Shown here: positions 40,725-53,384 of the stretch, piece after piece | Layout of the letters: every line of letters starts with the position of its first letter | Numbering within the stretch: position 1 is the first letter of the stretch | Assembly: GCA_964016885.1 (NCBI GenBank) | Contig: OZ024754.1 | Location: 10,912,001-10,976,000 of the forward strand | Length of the DNA stretch: 64,000 nucleotides | Reading direction: 5' to 3' | Origin: Eledone cirrhosa | Lineage: Eukaryota | Notes under the pieces: model-generated | Seen by the model: the letters and a program-made list of their open reading frames with translations, nothing else | Told to the model about the DNA's origin: nothing | The model's database searches: none | Position numbers and translations under genes: made by a program

Positions 40725-40910
40725 AAGCAAGTTTGTTTTGAAACATCGAGCAAGTTTGAAAATAGAACTAGAAGCTTCCACCATATTTTTTACTAAAAGA
40801 TGAGTATTGACATCTTTTTCCATTTCTCAGAGGGTTCTATTTCTCAGAGGGTTCTATCAGAGTAAAACTTCTTTAGTTAAAAATACAGCGAAAGCTTCTA
40901 TTTCTATTTT
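40725..40910. mobile_element. Foldback family F copy, internally deleted
   Basis: Homologous to 8817-9037. Confidence 0.75.
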
Positions 40911-41007
40911 GTTATATAGTATTTGATTTGTTAGTACACACAGCCAAACTATTTAACCACAAGTACAAAAATTATTTAGTAAGAAGGATATATTCAATAT
41001 AGTTTAT

Positions 41008-41393
41008 AATTGTTTCTACGTTAGGCACAAGGCCAGCAATTACCCAGTGCATTACTGGTACTTTATTTTATCGACCCCGTAAGGATGAAAGGCAAAGTTA
41101 ACCTTGGCGGGATTTGAACTCAGAATGGCAAGGGCCGTAACTCTATACGTCAAAGCATGGCGTCCGCCCCTCTACCAATACTGCCAATCCACCGTGTATA
41201 TATAGTTTATAATTGTTTCTACTTTAGGCACAAGGCCAGCAATTACCCAGTGCATTACTGGTACTTTATTTTATCGACCCCGTAAGGATGAAAGGCAAAG
41301 TCAACCTCGGCGGGATTTGAACTCAGATCGTAAAGGGACGTAACTATGCTGGAAAGCATGGCGTCCGACCCTCTACCGATACTGCCAATCCAC
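41008..41393 (-). mobile_element. Two tandem SINE family A copies
   Basis: Separated and flanked by three copies of ATATAGTTTATAAT. Confidence 0.95.
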
Positions 41394-41583
41394 TGTGTAT
41401 ATATAGTTTATAATAGTATCTTATTAGTATTTAATTCATCAATCCATCTAAAATGAAAGATAAAATTAGCACTTGGGAGATTTCTAATAAGTACATGGTA
41501 CTTAAATGAATATTGCATGGTGATGACAGAACTAAACAAACCAGAACAGTTATGTGTAAGTTCTCATCAAAGCTTACACAGCC

Positions 41584-41905
41584 TGGCATGTGGCTTTGTG
41601 CTTAGGGGATTCGGCTCCCAATCATAAGGTTGTCAGATTGATTCCCGGCAATGTGCTGTGTCCTTGAGCAAGACACTTTATTTCACGTTGCTCCAGTTTA
41701 CTCAGCTGGCAAAAATGAGTTGTACCTGTAATTCTAAGAGACAGCCTTGCCACATTCTGTGTCACACCGAATCTCTCTGAGAACTACGTTAAGAGTATAT
41801 GTGTTTGTAGAATGCTCAGCCACTTGCACTTTAATTTCACAAGCACACTGTTCTGTTGATTGGATAAACTCGAACACTCGTTGTCATAACTGACAGAGTG
41901 CCCTC
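41584..41905 (+). mobile_element. CORE-like tRNA SINE with a different 3' body
   Basis: TGTGTCCTTGAGCAAGACACTTTATTTCACGTTGCTCCAGTTTACTCAGCTGGCAAAAATGAGT. Confidence 0.85.
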
Positions 41906-41963
41906 CTCACAGCCTGGGGGTGGGGCTAAAGTTCATACTAGAGATATAACAGTAAGACAGTAA

Positions 41964-42218
41964 TAATTGTTTCTATTTTTTGGCACAAGGCCAGCAATTA
42001 CCCCAGAGTATTACTGGTACTTTATTTTATCGACCCCCGTACGGATGAAAGGCAAAGTTAACCTTCGCGGGATTTGAACTCAGACCATAAAGGGGCATAA
42101 CTCTATGCTGCAAAGCATGGTGTCCAACCGACTACCAATACTGCCAATCCATCAGACAATAATAATTGTTTCTACGTTAGGCACAAGGCCAGCAATTACC
42201 CAGTGTATTACTGGTACC
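41964..42218 (-). mobile_element. SINE family A plus adjacent 3' fragment
   Basis: AGACAGTAATAAT-like target repeated three times. Confidence 0.9.
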
Positions 42219-42391
42219 TCCAGACAGTAATAATCAATTTTGGCAAACAAGATTAACAGTAAAAATAGAAAGTTCATTTATTAATACCAATGCAAAATAA
42301 AATTAGGTGCATATATACACACCCCTGCACATACATACTTGATGACTAACTCGATTTTGAGTAATGCCATTGCTTGATACTTTAACATGAG

Positions 42392-42469
42392 CATATATAC
42401 ACATATATATATATATATATATGTATACTTATATATATACACATATATATATATATATATGTGTATACT

Positions 42470-42505
<36 letters not shown>

Positions 42506-42741
42506 CTTATATATATACATATATATATATATATATGTATACTTATATATATACATATATATATATATATATGTATACTTATATATATACATATATATAT
42601 ATATATACTTATATATATACATATATATATATATATACTTATATATATACATATATATATATATATACTTATATATATACATATATATATATATATATGT
42701 ATACTTATATATATATATATATGTATACTTATATATATACA

Positions 42742-42775
<34 letters not shown>

Positions 42776-42797
42776 CATGTATACTTATATATATACA

Positions 42798-42830
<33 letters not shown>

Positions 42831-42849
42831 GTATACTTATATATATACA

Positions 42850-42889
<40 letters not shown>

Positions 42890-42913
42890 CATATATATAT
42901 ACTTATATATACT

Positions 42914-42965
<52 letters not shown>

Positions 42966-43235
42966 CATATATATATACTTATATATATACATATATATAT
43001 ACTTATATATATATATATATACTTATATATATATATATATATATACTTATATATATATATATATATATACTTATATATATATATATATACTTATATATAT
43101 ACATATATATATATACTTATATATATACATATATATATATACTTATATATATACATATATATATATATACTTATATATATACATATACTTATATATATAC
43201 ATATATATATATATACTTATATATATACATATACT

Positions 43236-43271
<36 letters not shown>

Positions 43272-43327
43272 CTTATATATATACATATATATATGTATAC
43301 TTATATATATATATATATATGTATACT

Positions 43328-43363
<36 letters not shown>

Positions 43364-43647
43364 CTTATATATATACATATATATATATATATGTATACTT
43401 ATATATATACATATATATATATATATGTATACTTATATATATACATATATATATATATATATGTATACTTATATATATACATATATATATATGTATGTAT
43501 ACTTATATATATACATATATATATATGTATGTATACTTATATATATACATATATATATATGTATGTATACTTATATATATATACATACATATATATGTAT
43601 GTATACTTATATATATATACATACATATATATATATATATGTATACT

Positions 43648-43680
<33 letters not shown>

Positions 43681-43878
43681 GCTTATATATATACATATAT
43701 ATATATATATATGCTTATATATATATATATATATGCTTATATATATACATATATATATATATATATGTATACTTATATATATACATACATATATATATAT
43801 ATATGCTTATATATATATACATATATATATATATATGTATACTTATATATATACATACATATATATATATATATATGT
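42392..43878. repeat. TA-rich minisatellite (GTATACTT(AT)nAC(AT)n units)
   Basis: Direct inspection. Confidence 0.98.
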
Positions 43879-44218
43879 AAAAGTTCTATTTAAATTGTTG
43901 GGATACAACAAGCAAATATTTTTATAACTGATATAAACACTCAACAAATATTTGGAGTAAAATACGATATTAACAAATGGAAACTATATTTATAAAACCA
44001 TATTTATTTCATTATACATATTTCAAGGACACCAAGTTAAATTATGGTGTGCTTTCATCAGACAAAATATAATATAATATAGATCAGTTTTATATATATT
44101 ATATTATATTTTGTCTGATGGAAGCAAGCACAGGATAATTTAACTTGGTGTCCTTGAAATATGTATAATGAAATAAATATGGTTTTATAAATATAGTTTC
44201 CATTTGTTAATATCGTAT
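43878..44218. mobile_element. Foldback element between TA microsatellites, probably PLE-derived
   Basis: Arms ~43962-44080 and ~44095-44218 are near-perfect reverse complements; CTGATG(G/A)AAGC...TTGAAAT near the centre; ~85-bp unpaired left flank. Confidence 0.7.
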
Positions 44219-44249
44219 ATTCATTAGTTAAGATTGGTTACTCTTGAAC

Positions 44250-44250
<1 letters not shown>

Positions 44251-44281
<31 letters not shown>

Positions 44282-44527
44282 CTTATATATATATACATAT
44301 ATATATATATATGTATATATATACTTATATATATACATATATATATATGTATACATATACATATATGTATACATATATGTATACATATATATATATGTAT
44401 ACATATATGTATACATATATATATGTATACATATATATATACATATATATAATATATATATATATACATATATATAATATATATATACATACACATATAT
44501 AATATATATATACATACACACACACTC
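44251..44527. repeat. TA-rich microsatellite
   Basis: Direct inspection. Confidence 0.97.
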
Positions 44528-45253
44528 ACAGAAATATGTGTAATTCTTATCTGTGACTTCCCTGCTAAAGTTATTACACTAAGATTATATTCTTGCTGTA
44601 GCAACAAAATATCTATTTCATTCCATATTTAATGCATTTTTTAGTTAAAATTCTGAGCATTATGTTATGTATAGTATAGTTTTATGTCTCAAGTTTCAGG
44701 TGGTTTTAGCACACAATCAGAGGTTTTCATTTTGATTTCAAAACCTTTAGTCCTAGTCTATATAGTAAATTATTCAGCACTTGAATAACTAGCATCCTAA
44801 TTACCATTGCTGCTGATGATGATGATGATAATGGCTGCAAACATAGAGCAGTTTTAATGGTCTTTTGTTTTATTATTTTGATTTTTTGTTTTTTTCCCAG
44901 AAATATAAAACCTTATTCACACACTCACAAACATGTATATATCCTATCCAGTTGACTTAAGAAACTTTGGAAAAATTTGAAATTTGAAATGTGGTCATCT
45001 CACCATAAATGACAATAACACTAATTAGTCATTAGATATATAGAAGTTGAGAAAATTGGGTAAAGTACTACTAGAGATGAAAAACAACAACAAAAAACTG
45101 GACAGAGGTTGTTTAGTTTCACTTTATTGTCTCCAGGGGCACTTTACTTGACTTTCTCTCCTCTGAAGTACTTTATTTCTGTCGTCTGAAGTACTTTACA
45201 CAATTTTCTCAACTACTACTATAATAATTTATGTTCAGACAACTGCATTTTAA

Positions 45254-45284
<31 letters not shown>

Positions 45285-45499
45285 TTCGTTTCTGAATTTG
45301 TTTAGCAAGATTCTTTATCTGAAATCGTGTGTTGAAACCGATATTGTTATACTTTGGGAGGGTCATGTTGCCAATAAGAAACACATGCACCAGTTGCTTT
45401 CACTTCAATTTAATTTAATATATATTTATAAATTTACAAATTTATAAATTTCTGGTTGGTTGGTTGGTTCCACAACCAGATAGTTGTTTATATATATAT

Positions 45500-45544
45500 A
45501 GTCATAGTTCTTTCGTCACACACTCTGTGACCTCTTCAGTGACT
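45500..45544 (-). ncRNA. Minimal type I hammerhead ribozyme (mirror copy)
   Basis: Exact reverse complement of 46611-46655. Confidence 0.72.
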
Positions 45545-45840
45545 GGGGATTTCTTTCTTCGTTTCTGTGCCTTTCCTTTCTTCTATCCTACGCCATTTTG
45601 TTTGTGTGTGGGTTGCGTGCTCAGTTTGCGCATGTGCCACATCCGGGTGTCTGTGTGTGTTTGTGTTCATTTTTTTATTTTTATATTTTTATTTGTTTGT
45701 TTATTTATTTATTTATTGTTGGTTGGTTGTTTGTTCTATGTGTGTGTGTGTTTTCATTTTGTCTTGTGTGTGTTTTCATTTTGTGTGTGTTTTCAATTGT
45801 AAGTTGTTTATATGTGTGTGTGTGTGTTTTCATTTTGTCC

Positions 45841-46080
45841 TTAATTGTAAGTTGTGATGTTGCTGTTCCACTCATATTTTCTATTTAATTTTGGTTTTAA
45901 TTCTTTTATGCTTACTGCCTCTGTAATTTGCCTAAACATTGCGTCTTTCTTGTGTGTGGATTCTATTTTTATTTCTATGCTCTCTAATTTACCCCTGTGT
46001 TCTATCTTAGCATGTTGGTAGAGCACAGATGATTCTTTACTATCTTGGAGGTCTCGCCAGTGTTCATTTATTCGTTCGAA
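45841..46080 (-). pseudogene. PLE GIY-YIG endonuclease C-terminal fragment (mirror copy)
   Basis: Same translation as 46075-46314. Confidence 0.85.
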
Positions 46081-46314
46081 CGAATAAATGAACACTGGCG
46101 AGACCTCCAAGATAGTAAAGAATCATCTGTGCTCTACCAACATGCTAAGATAGAACACAGGGGTAAATTAGAGAGCATAGAAATAAAAATAGAATCCACA
46201 CACAAGAAAGACGCAATGTTTAGGCAAATTACAGAGGCAGTAAGCATAAAAGAATTAAAACCAAAATTAAATAGAAAATATGAGTGGAACAGCAACATCA
46301 CAACTTACAATTAA
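46075..46314 (+). pseudogene. PLE GIY-YIG endonuclease C-terminal fragment
   Basis: ERINEH..SSVLYQHAKIEH..IKI..RQITEAVSIKELKPKLNRKYE matches the RxxEH..H..H..R..EA..I..P.LN pattern of PLE endonucleases; 5'-truncated at the palindrome axis. Confidence 0.85.
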
Positions 46315-46610
46315 GGACAAAATGAAAACACACACACACACATATAAACAACTTACAATTGAAAACACACACAAAATGAAAACACACACAAGACAAAATG
46401 AAAACACACACACACATAGAACAAACAACCAACCAACAATAAATAAATAAATAAACAAACAAATAAAAATATAAAAATAAAAAAATGAACACAAACACAC
46501 ACAGACACCCGGATGTGGCACATGCGCAAACTGAGCACGCAACCCACACACAAACAAAATGGCGTAGGATAGAAGAAAGGAAAGGCACAGAAACGAAGAA
46601 AGAAATCCCC

Positions 46611-46655
46611 AGTCACTGAAGAGGTCACAGAGTGTGTGACGAAAGAACTATGACT
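46611..46655 (+). ncRNA. Minimal type I hammerhead ribozyme
   Basis: AGTCA-CTGAAGA-G-GTCACA(GAGTG)TGTGAC-GAAAG-AA-CTA-TGACT: stem I AGTCA/TGACT, CUGANGA and GAAA cores, 6-bp stem II, vestigial stem III, CUA triplet. Confidence 0.72.
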
Positions 46656-46988
46656 ATATATATATAAACAACTATCTGGTTGTGGAACCAACCAACCAAC
46701 CAGAAATTTATAAATTTGTAAATTTATAAATATATATTAAATTAAATTGAAGTGAAAGCAACTGGTGCGTGTGTTTCTTATTGGCAACATGACCCTCCCA
46801 AAGTATAACAATATATATATATATATATATATATATCATCATCATCATCGTTTAACGTCCATGTTCCACGCTTGCATGGGTTTGGACGGGAGTTTTCCCA
46901 CTTGAGGCAAGAGTGGTTGTCATTGGTCGCATAGGACTGTCTGGCGGGTTTTCTACAGCTGGATGCCCTTCCTAACACCAACCACATT

Positions 46989-47023
<35 letters not shown>

Positions 47024-47229
47024 TCTCTGTCTAGCTCTACACCTTGACACTGAAGTGAACCTAAACATCGAGTGCTCACCCGAGTGAACCTACAGTAACT
47101 CCAAGTTACACTCCCTGGATATATATATATATAATCATCATCATTGTCATTATCGTTTAATGTCTATCTTCCACGCTAGCATGGGTTAGACAGGAATTGT
47201 CCCACTTGAAGCAAGATTGACCGGGTGAC

Positions 47230-47280
<51 letters not shown>

Positions 47281-47364
47281 CATACATGTATGTAAGTTTA
47301 GAAAGAGAAAGAGAGAGAGAGAGTAACTGATACAGAGATAAACATAAATCATAAACCAACTAGG

Positions 47365-48030
47365 ATGAAATTCCTTATCACCATCATCCAGCTATCTTAC
47401 AACATAAAGACAGGATCTGTGTAGTCAAATCAGACATAGTAGTGAACATTCAAAGGCCTTCCCAATAGAAAACGATGTAAAGTAGGAGTGCATCCTTATT
47501 TCAACTCTCTCAACATCTTCAGTATGATGCTGAAGAGGAGTGGCAGAAGGCCTCCATGATGAGGACGGTCTCTATATTCAATGTTGCACCACTTTTGAAT
47601 CTTGTTGTTCATTTAGACTCAATTTTGCAGAGGCTGCTGAACACTTTAGGACTGAAAGTTAGCATGAAGACAGAAGTGTTCCTCCATTTCATACCTCACG
47701 AAGATTACCACTTTTACAGTATACCTATTGGCAAAACAGAACTGAAGGTAGTCCACCAATTCAGCTAATTGGAGTGCAGCATCTCGTCAGATGCCAAGTT
47801 AAATAAAGAGATTGATAGCAGATTGGCAAAGGCAAAGACAAAGATCAGTTTCAGCAGACTTTACAAAAGAGTCTGGAACAGTAAGCATCTAAAGAAAGGC
47901 ACAAAGATCAGTGTGTACAAAACTGTTATACTGACTCCCCTCATATATGACTCTTAGTCACTGGAAACCCATTGTCACCACTTATGACACCTTGAGTTCT
48001 CCCACTAACATTGCCTTTACACCATCTTCT
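47365..48030 (+). pseudogene. Decayed RTE (BovB-like) LINE RT fragment
   Basis: GLKVSMKTEV..IGKTELKVVHQFS*LECSISSDAKLNKEIDSRLAKA..FSRLYKRVWNSKHLKKGTKISVYKTVILTPLIY. Confidence 0.9.
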
Positions 48031-48291
48031 GACTGTTCTCCATAGCAGCCCATTGCCATTTGTCTACAGGGCACAGCTGGGACACACAATATATATCAAA
48101 TATAGAACTATAAAATTAATTCTCAAAGGAGAGACACAGACTTATAGAGTCTATTTGTCTGCTTGAGAGAGAAGCGGTAGCTCAATGTTCCTGCAAATGG
48201 GAGTTGAGAGAAGGTTAAAGCATGGAAAAAGTTAGTGATGCATTTGGGAAATAAGCAGAGCATGCACATTCAAAATTATTAAAGGTAACAC

Positions 48292-48873
48292 AATCTTCTT
48301 TCATTAAAAAATAGGTTTTAATCACTTATAATTGTTACGGGTGAACTGCGACTCATTCAAATATTCTTTGAAAGTTGTTTTTATTGTTGAAAAATGTTAA
48401 CAAATCTCAAATCACAACTTACCTTCTTCAGAGTGATATAAAAAAAAAATCTATTTTAATGATTAGTCACATAAACCACTTTTTACCTAAAGTATTGGAC
48501 TGGACATCACAGAACATTAATCATAATAGGAAGCAACAGAAATTAAGCTGAAAAAACTTTTTCCCGGGTTTTGTTAAATTTTTGAATTCTGTCCTTCTCC
48601 ATAATTCCCTTACACCATGTTAATGGTAGAATGGTGGAAGGGAAATAATTAAATTCTGTTGGTTTCTATTATATTGAATGTTCTGAGATGTCCAATACTT
48701 AAGGTAAAAAGTGGTTTATGTAACTAATCACTCTGAAGAAGATAAATCATGATTTGAGACTCGTTTAAGTTTTTCAACAACAAAAACAACTTTCAAACAC
48801 CATTTGAATGAGTCACAGTTCACCTAATACAATTCTAAGTGACTAAAAATTATTTTTTTATGAAAGAAGATTC
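48292..48873. mobile_element. Old foldback element, ~250-bp diverged arms with ~100-bp spacer
   Basis: GGTGAACTGCGACTCATTCAAAT vs ATTTGAATGAGTCACAGTTCACC; CATAAACCACTTTTTACCT vs AGGTAAAAAGTGGTTTATG. Confidence 0.85.
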
Positions 48874-48891
48874 AGTTTCCTTTAATACTTT

Positions 48892-48942
<51 letters not shown>

Positions 48943-48946
48943 ATAT

Positions 48947-49024
<78 letters not shown>

Positions 49025-49277
49025 ATATTATATATATATATATATATATATAGAGAGATATATATATGTACATATACATGTAATTCTATGAGTATACATT
49101 TGCCACTGGATAATATTAGGTAAATAAACAATTAAATAAATTTCTAAATAATAATATATATAATAAATAAATAAATTCATTATGCCTAGATTTTGGCTAG
49201 AAAGAGTCATAATATTTCTCATTGTCAAACAATATAAATACAGTATTAATGATAGGAGCAATTTCAATAAAAAGGAT

Positions 49278-49316
<39 letters not shown>

Positions 49317-49353
49317 TTCACAAGAATCAAAGCTATGTTCAAAGCATTTATTC

Positions 49354-49398
49354 ACTAACAATTGTTTCATCCAAACCTAGGCTTGGAGTCTTCAGAGC
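49354..49398 (-). ncRNA. Minimal hammerhead-like motif
   Basis: GCT-CTGAAGA-C-TCCAAGCC(TA)GGTTTGGA-T-GAAAC-AATT-GTT-AGT; palindromic stem III. Confidence 0.6.
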
Positions 49399-49443
49399 AT
49401 TTTTCAAGCCTAGGTTTGGATGAAACAATTGTAAGTGAATAAA

Positions 49444-49531
<88 letters not shown>

Positions 49532-49562
49532 AGAATCAAAGCTATGTTCAAAGCATTTATTC

Positions 49563-49607
49563 ACTAACAATTGTTTCATCCAAACCTAGGCTTGGAGTCT
49601 TCAGAGC
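49563..49607 (-). ncRNA. Minimal hammerhead-like motif (second copy)
   Basis: Identical to 49354-49398. Confidence 0.6.
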
Positions 49608-49864
49608 ATTTTTCAAGCCTAGGTTTGGATGAAACAATTGTAAGTGAATAAATGCTTTGAACATAGCTTTGATTCTTGTGAATTCTATATAACTGCTCTG
49701 TAGAACAACTGATGTTATTACATTGAGCTATTTATCTTACTGGTAATAAGGTAGTAATAAATTACTGACCTTCACTGTTTAGGGTTTATAATATATATAA
49801 CTATAAAAAGTTTTAGTATATACATAACGATAAATAGTATCCTTAATATTATATATATATATAT

Positions 49865-50012
49865 CCTTCTTGTTTGGCTTGCTTATTCCTGGAAGGGTCT
49901 TGAGGGCAGAGCCCATAAATACTCCATCCAGTGGGTACTGCCAGAAGCAACTATCTCCAATTGATCCAGCTGTATCCCCAAACGAGATCAGTAGAACCCA
50001 ACCATCTTGCTT
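49865..50012 (-). mobile_element. RTE (Rex3/Expander-like) LINE 3' end
   Basis: Homologous to 53400-53545. Confidence 0.65.
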
Positions 50013-50077
50013 GGGGTTCTACTTCCCCCATTCACCAAAACATACAAAGAGTGAAAACGCTCAGCAGACAACAATTG

Positions 50078-51430
50078 TATGAATGTATGTATTTATGTGT
50101 GTGTGTTTATATATGTATTTATGTGTCTGTGTGTGTGTGTGTGTTATGTATGTATGTATTTATGTCTGTGTGTGTGTGTGTGTGTTATGAATAAATGTAT
50201 TTATGTGTGTGTGTGTGTGTGTGTTATGAATGCATGTGTGTGTGTGTTATGAATGAATGTGTGTGTGTGTGTTAAAAATGAATGTATTTGTGTGTGTGTT
50301 ATGAATGTATGTGTGTGTGTGTGTGTGTTATGAATGTATGTGTGTGTGTGTGTGTTATGAATGTATGTGTGTGTGTGTGTGTTATGAATATATGTGTGTG
50401 TGTTATGAATGTATGTGTGTGTGTTATGAATGTATGTGTGTGTGTTATGAATGTATGTGTGTGTGTTATGAATGTATATGTGTGTGTGTGTGTGTGTTAT
50501 GAATGTATTTATGTGTCTGTGTGTGTTATGAATGTATTTATGTGTGTGTGTGTGTTATGAATGTATTTATGTGTCTGTGTGTGTTATGAATGTATTTATG
50601 TGTGTGTGTGTGTTATGAATGTATTTATGTGTCTGTGTGTGTTATGAATGTATTTATGTGTGTGTGTGTTATGAATGTATTTATGTGTCTGTGTGTGTTA
50701 TGAATGTATTTATGTGTGTGTGTGTGTGTGTTTGAATGTATTTATGTGTGTGTGTGTGTTATGAATGTATTTATGTGTCTGTGTGTGTTATGAATGTATA
50801 TGTGTGTGTGTGTGTTATGAATGTATTTATGTGTCTGTGTGTGTTATGAATGTATTTATGTGTGTGTGTGTGTTATGAATGTATTTATGTGTCTGTGTGT
50901 GTTATGAATGTATTTATGTGTCTGTGTGTGTTATGAATGTATATGTGTGTGTGTGTGTTATGAATGTATTTATGTGTGTGTGTGTGTTATGAATGTATTT
51001 ATGTGTGTGTGTGTGTTATGAATGTATTTATGTGTCTGTGTGTGTTATGAATGTATATGTGTGTGTGTGTGTTATGAATGTATATGTGTGTGTGTGTGTT
51101 ATGAATGTATTTATGTGTCTGTGTGTGTTATGAATGTATTTATGTGTCTGTGTGTGTTATGAATGTATTTATGTGTCTGTGTGTGTTATGAATGTATTTA
51201 TGTGTCTGTGTGTGTTATGAATGTATATGTGTGTGTTTGAATGTATTTATGTGTGTGTGTGTGTGTGTTATGAATGTATTTATGTGTCTGTGTGTGTTAT
51301 GAATGTATTTATGTGTCTGTGTGTGTTATGAATGTATTTATGTGTGTGTGTGTTATGAATGTATATGTGTGTGTTTGAATGTATTTATGTGTGTGTGTGT
51401 GTGTGTGTTATGAATGTATGTATTTATGTG
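50078..51430. repeat. Minisatellite TTATGAATGTATTTA(TG)n, variable ~20-32-bp units
   Basis: Direct inspection. Confidence 0.97.
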
Positions 51431-52087
51431 TTTGTCTGTTTCTTCATTTGACAGGTAAACAATGATTATGTTTGTGAACCATGGTTTCATTCCATCAGCT
51501 ATCCTGGTTGATACTACACATTAATGTATTAAGAAAGGGCATGTCCCCCTCTTTTCTTTACATGTAAATAAAAAATATATTAAATTCTATACACTTCTAA
51601 CACATGGTTGGATTGAGCACCTTTATGGATATATACCACAAAACAATCAAAAGCCACACACACGCGTGTGTGTGTGTGTGTGTGTGCGTGTGCGTGTGTG
51701 CGCGCGTGCGTGTGTGTGTGTGTATGTGCGTGCGCATGCGTGTGTGTGTGTAAATATGCCTATATATATATTGGGTTCAGATCAATTGTTCTTAATAGTC
51801 AACAAAGGAAGAAGAACACAATATTTATAATAGAGTAATATGTTTCAATATATATATATAAATAAATATATATATTCACACACTGTTGTCTAGTGCATGA
51901 GTGCTTTCAATATACATTCATTACACATATCCACATTCACTTTCTCTCTCACACAGACACACACACACACAGCAACATTTCTAGTACCAATCACACTATT
52001 CATTGTACATAAATCTACACACTGGAAACTGGATACATAGCTACCACCACTATGCCCTCTTTACATAGCTTGGCATTGATATATAAA

Positions 52088-52273
52088 TAATTGTTTCTAC
52101 TTTTGGCACAAGGCCAGCAATTACCCAGTGCATTACTGGTACTTTATTTTATCGACCCCGTAAGGATGAAAGGCAAAGTTAACCCTGGCGGGATTTGAAC
52201 TCAGACCATAAAGGGACGTAACTCTATGCGTCAAAGCATGGCGTCCGACCCTCTATCGATACTGCCAATCCAC
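52088..52273 (-). mobile_element. SINE family A with TSD
   Basis: ATTGATATATAAATAAT on both sides. Confidence 0.95.
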
Positions 52274-53384
52274 CTTCCTTTATTGATATATAAATAATGT
52301 CAGAAAATATTTTTAGCAAATTGAAATCATCCAAATTGCTTAAAAAATAAATTCCACAGATTGAAGTGTTTTTGTTTTGTTTTGTTTTTATAGATGGGGA
52401 ACAATGAATTATGGTGATGTTGATGATATCGATGATGATGATGATGTGGGCTAAGAGATAGTCACAAAACAGGGCAAATAATGTTCATAAAATTGAATAC
52501 ATTTGTATGCTGTGAAATGAGTAATAGTGTTTCGTATTGGTCTCTTCTTCAGAAAAAGTTAGGTGGATATTTCTACTCAGTTTACAGCCATGCCACACAT
52601 TTCTGTCCCCAATGTTAGAATACACCTCTCCTCATCGCATATAATCTTATTCAATTTTCTGAACTTTTTTTTAACTGAGGAAACCATCACTAGTTTTCTC
52701 GAACTAGTATGTTTTTTTCTTTTCATAGAGCAAAGAGTTATTACTCTTGAGTTTGTAAAAGTAATAGTTAACCACCTACCACTCAAGATTGTGTAAGCAG
52801 TGGTAGTTGTTGTGACAATCACTTGTCCAATGTTGCATGAAAGGGCAATGTTGAAAAAATTATACAAGAATCTAAAAAAAAAAACCAAAACAGAAAGCTC
52901 AACAAAAAAAAAAAAAAAAAAGAACCCCAAATATATATATTTTTTTAAATCAACAGAAGCTGGGACATTTTTGAGTCTGCTCCACTATGTCATGTTTTAT
53001 CTGGTGTCTGAACTTGATGTTGCTTTCTTTCCATCAGGAAACTCACAGAGAAGCAACTGTTGGAAGGCAGAATTACCATGTTTGTGACAATCCAGGGAAT
53101 AATAAGAACTGGAAGTTTCTATATAGGAATGCTTCAATTATGTAAATCTTGGACATTTTGTAGCATCAAGATGACAACCAGGCCTGTAATGAAAGATAGA
53201 AATTTGAAAATTCATTCAAAATATTTATCACTAAACTATCATGGACTACAATAATTGTTTCTACTTTAGGCACAAGGCCAGCAATTACCCAGTGCATTAC
53301 TGGTACTACAATAATTCTTGCAAAACATAACACGAATATTCAGCTAGGAAACTTCAGCTGTCAACAATAGAAAAATAATTATTA

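Larger units (their letters stand above)
45284..46814. mobile_element. Penelope-like element 3' end as a spacerless 1,474-bp palindrome (45341-46814) plus 57-bp tail
   Basis: Axis GTTC|GAAC at 46077/46078; mirror-image ORFs on both strands; (TA)n on both flanks. Confidence 0.93.
49313..49750. mobile_element. Tandemly duplicated foldback element with hammerhead-like centre in (TA)n(GA)n
   Basis: Hairpin 49523-49686 (~70-bp arms) with a partial duplicate at 49313-49445. Confidence 0.8.

Noticed and set aside
37476-44607. Long Y/I/H/T-rich ORFs (also 9230-9730, 48839-49131, 50282-50560)
   Set aside because: Translations of TA/CA/TG microsatellites, open in several frames on both strands.
45464-45888. 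Hydrophobic F/V/C-rich ORFs and their mirrors at 46267-46691
   Set aside because: Antisense reading of the A/C-rich PLE 3' UTR.
46045-46074. N-terminus MEVSPVFIYS of the 89-aa ORF
   Set aside because: Created by reading across the palindrome axis; not part of the endonuclease.
52563-53254. Several short ORFs in non-repetitive sequence
   Set aside because: No homology recognised; poly-A/T tracts suggest UTR or intergenic DNA.
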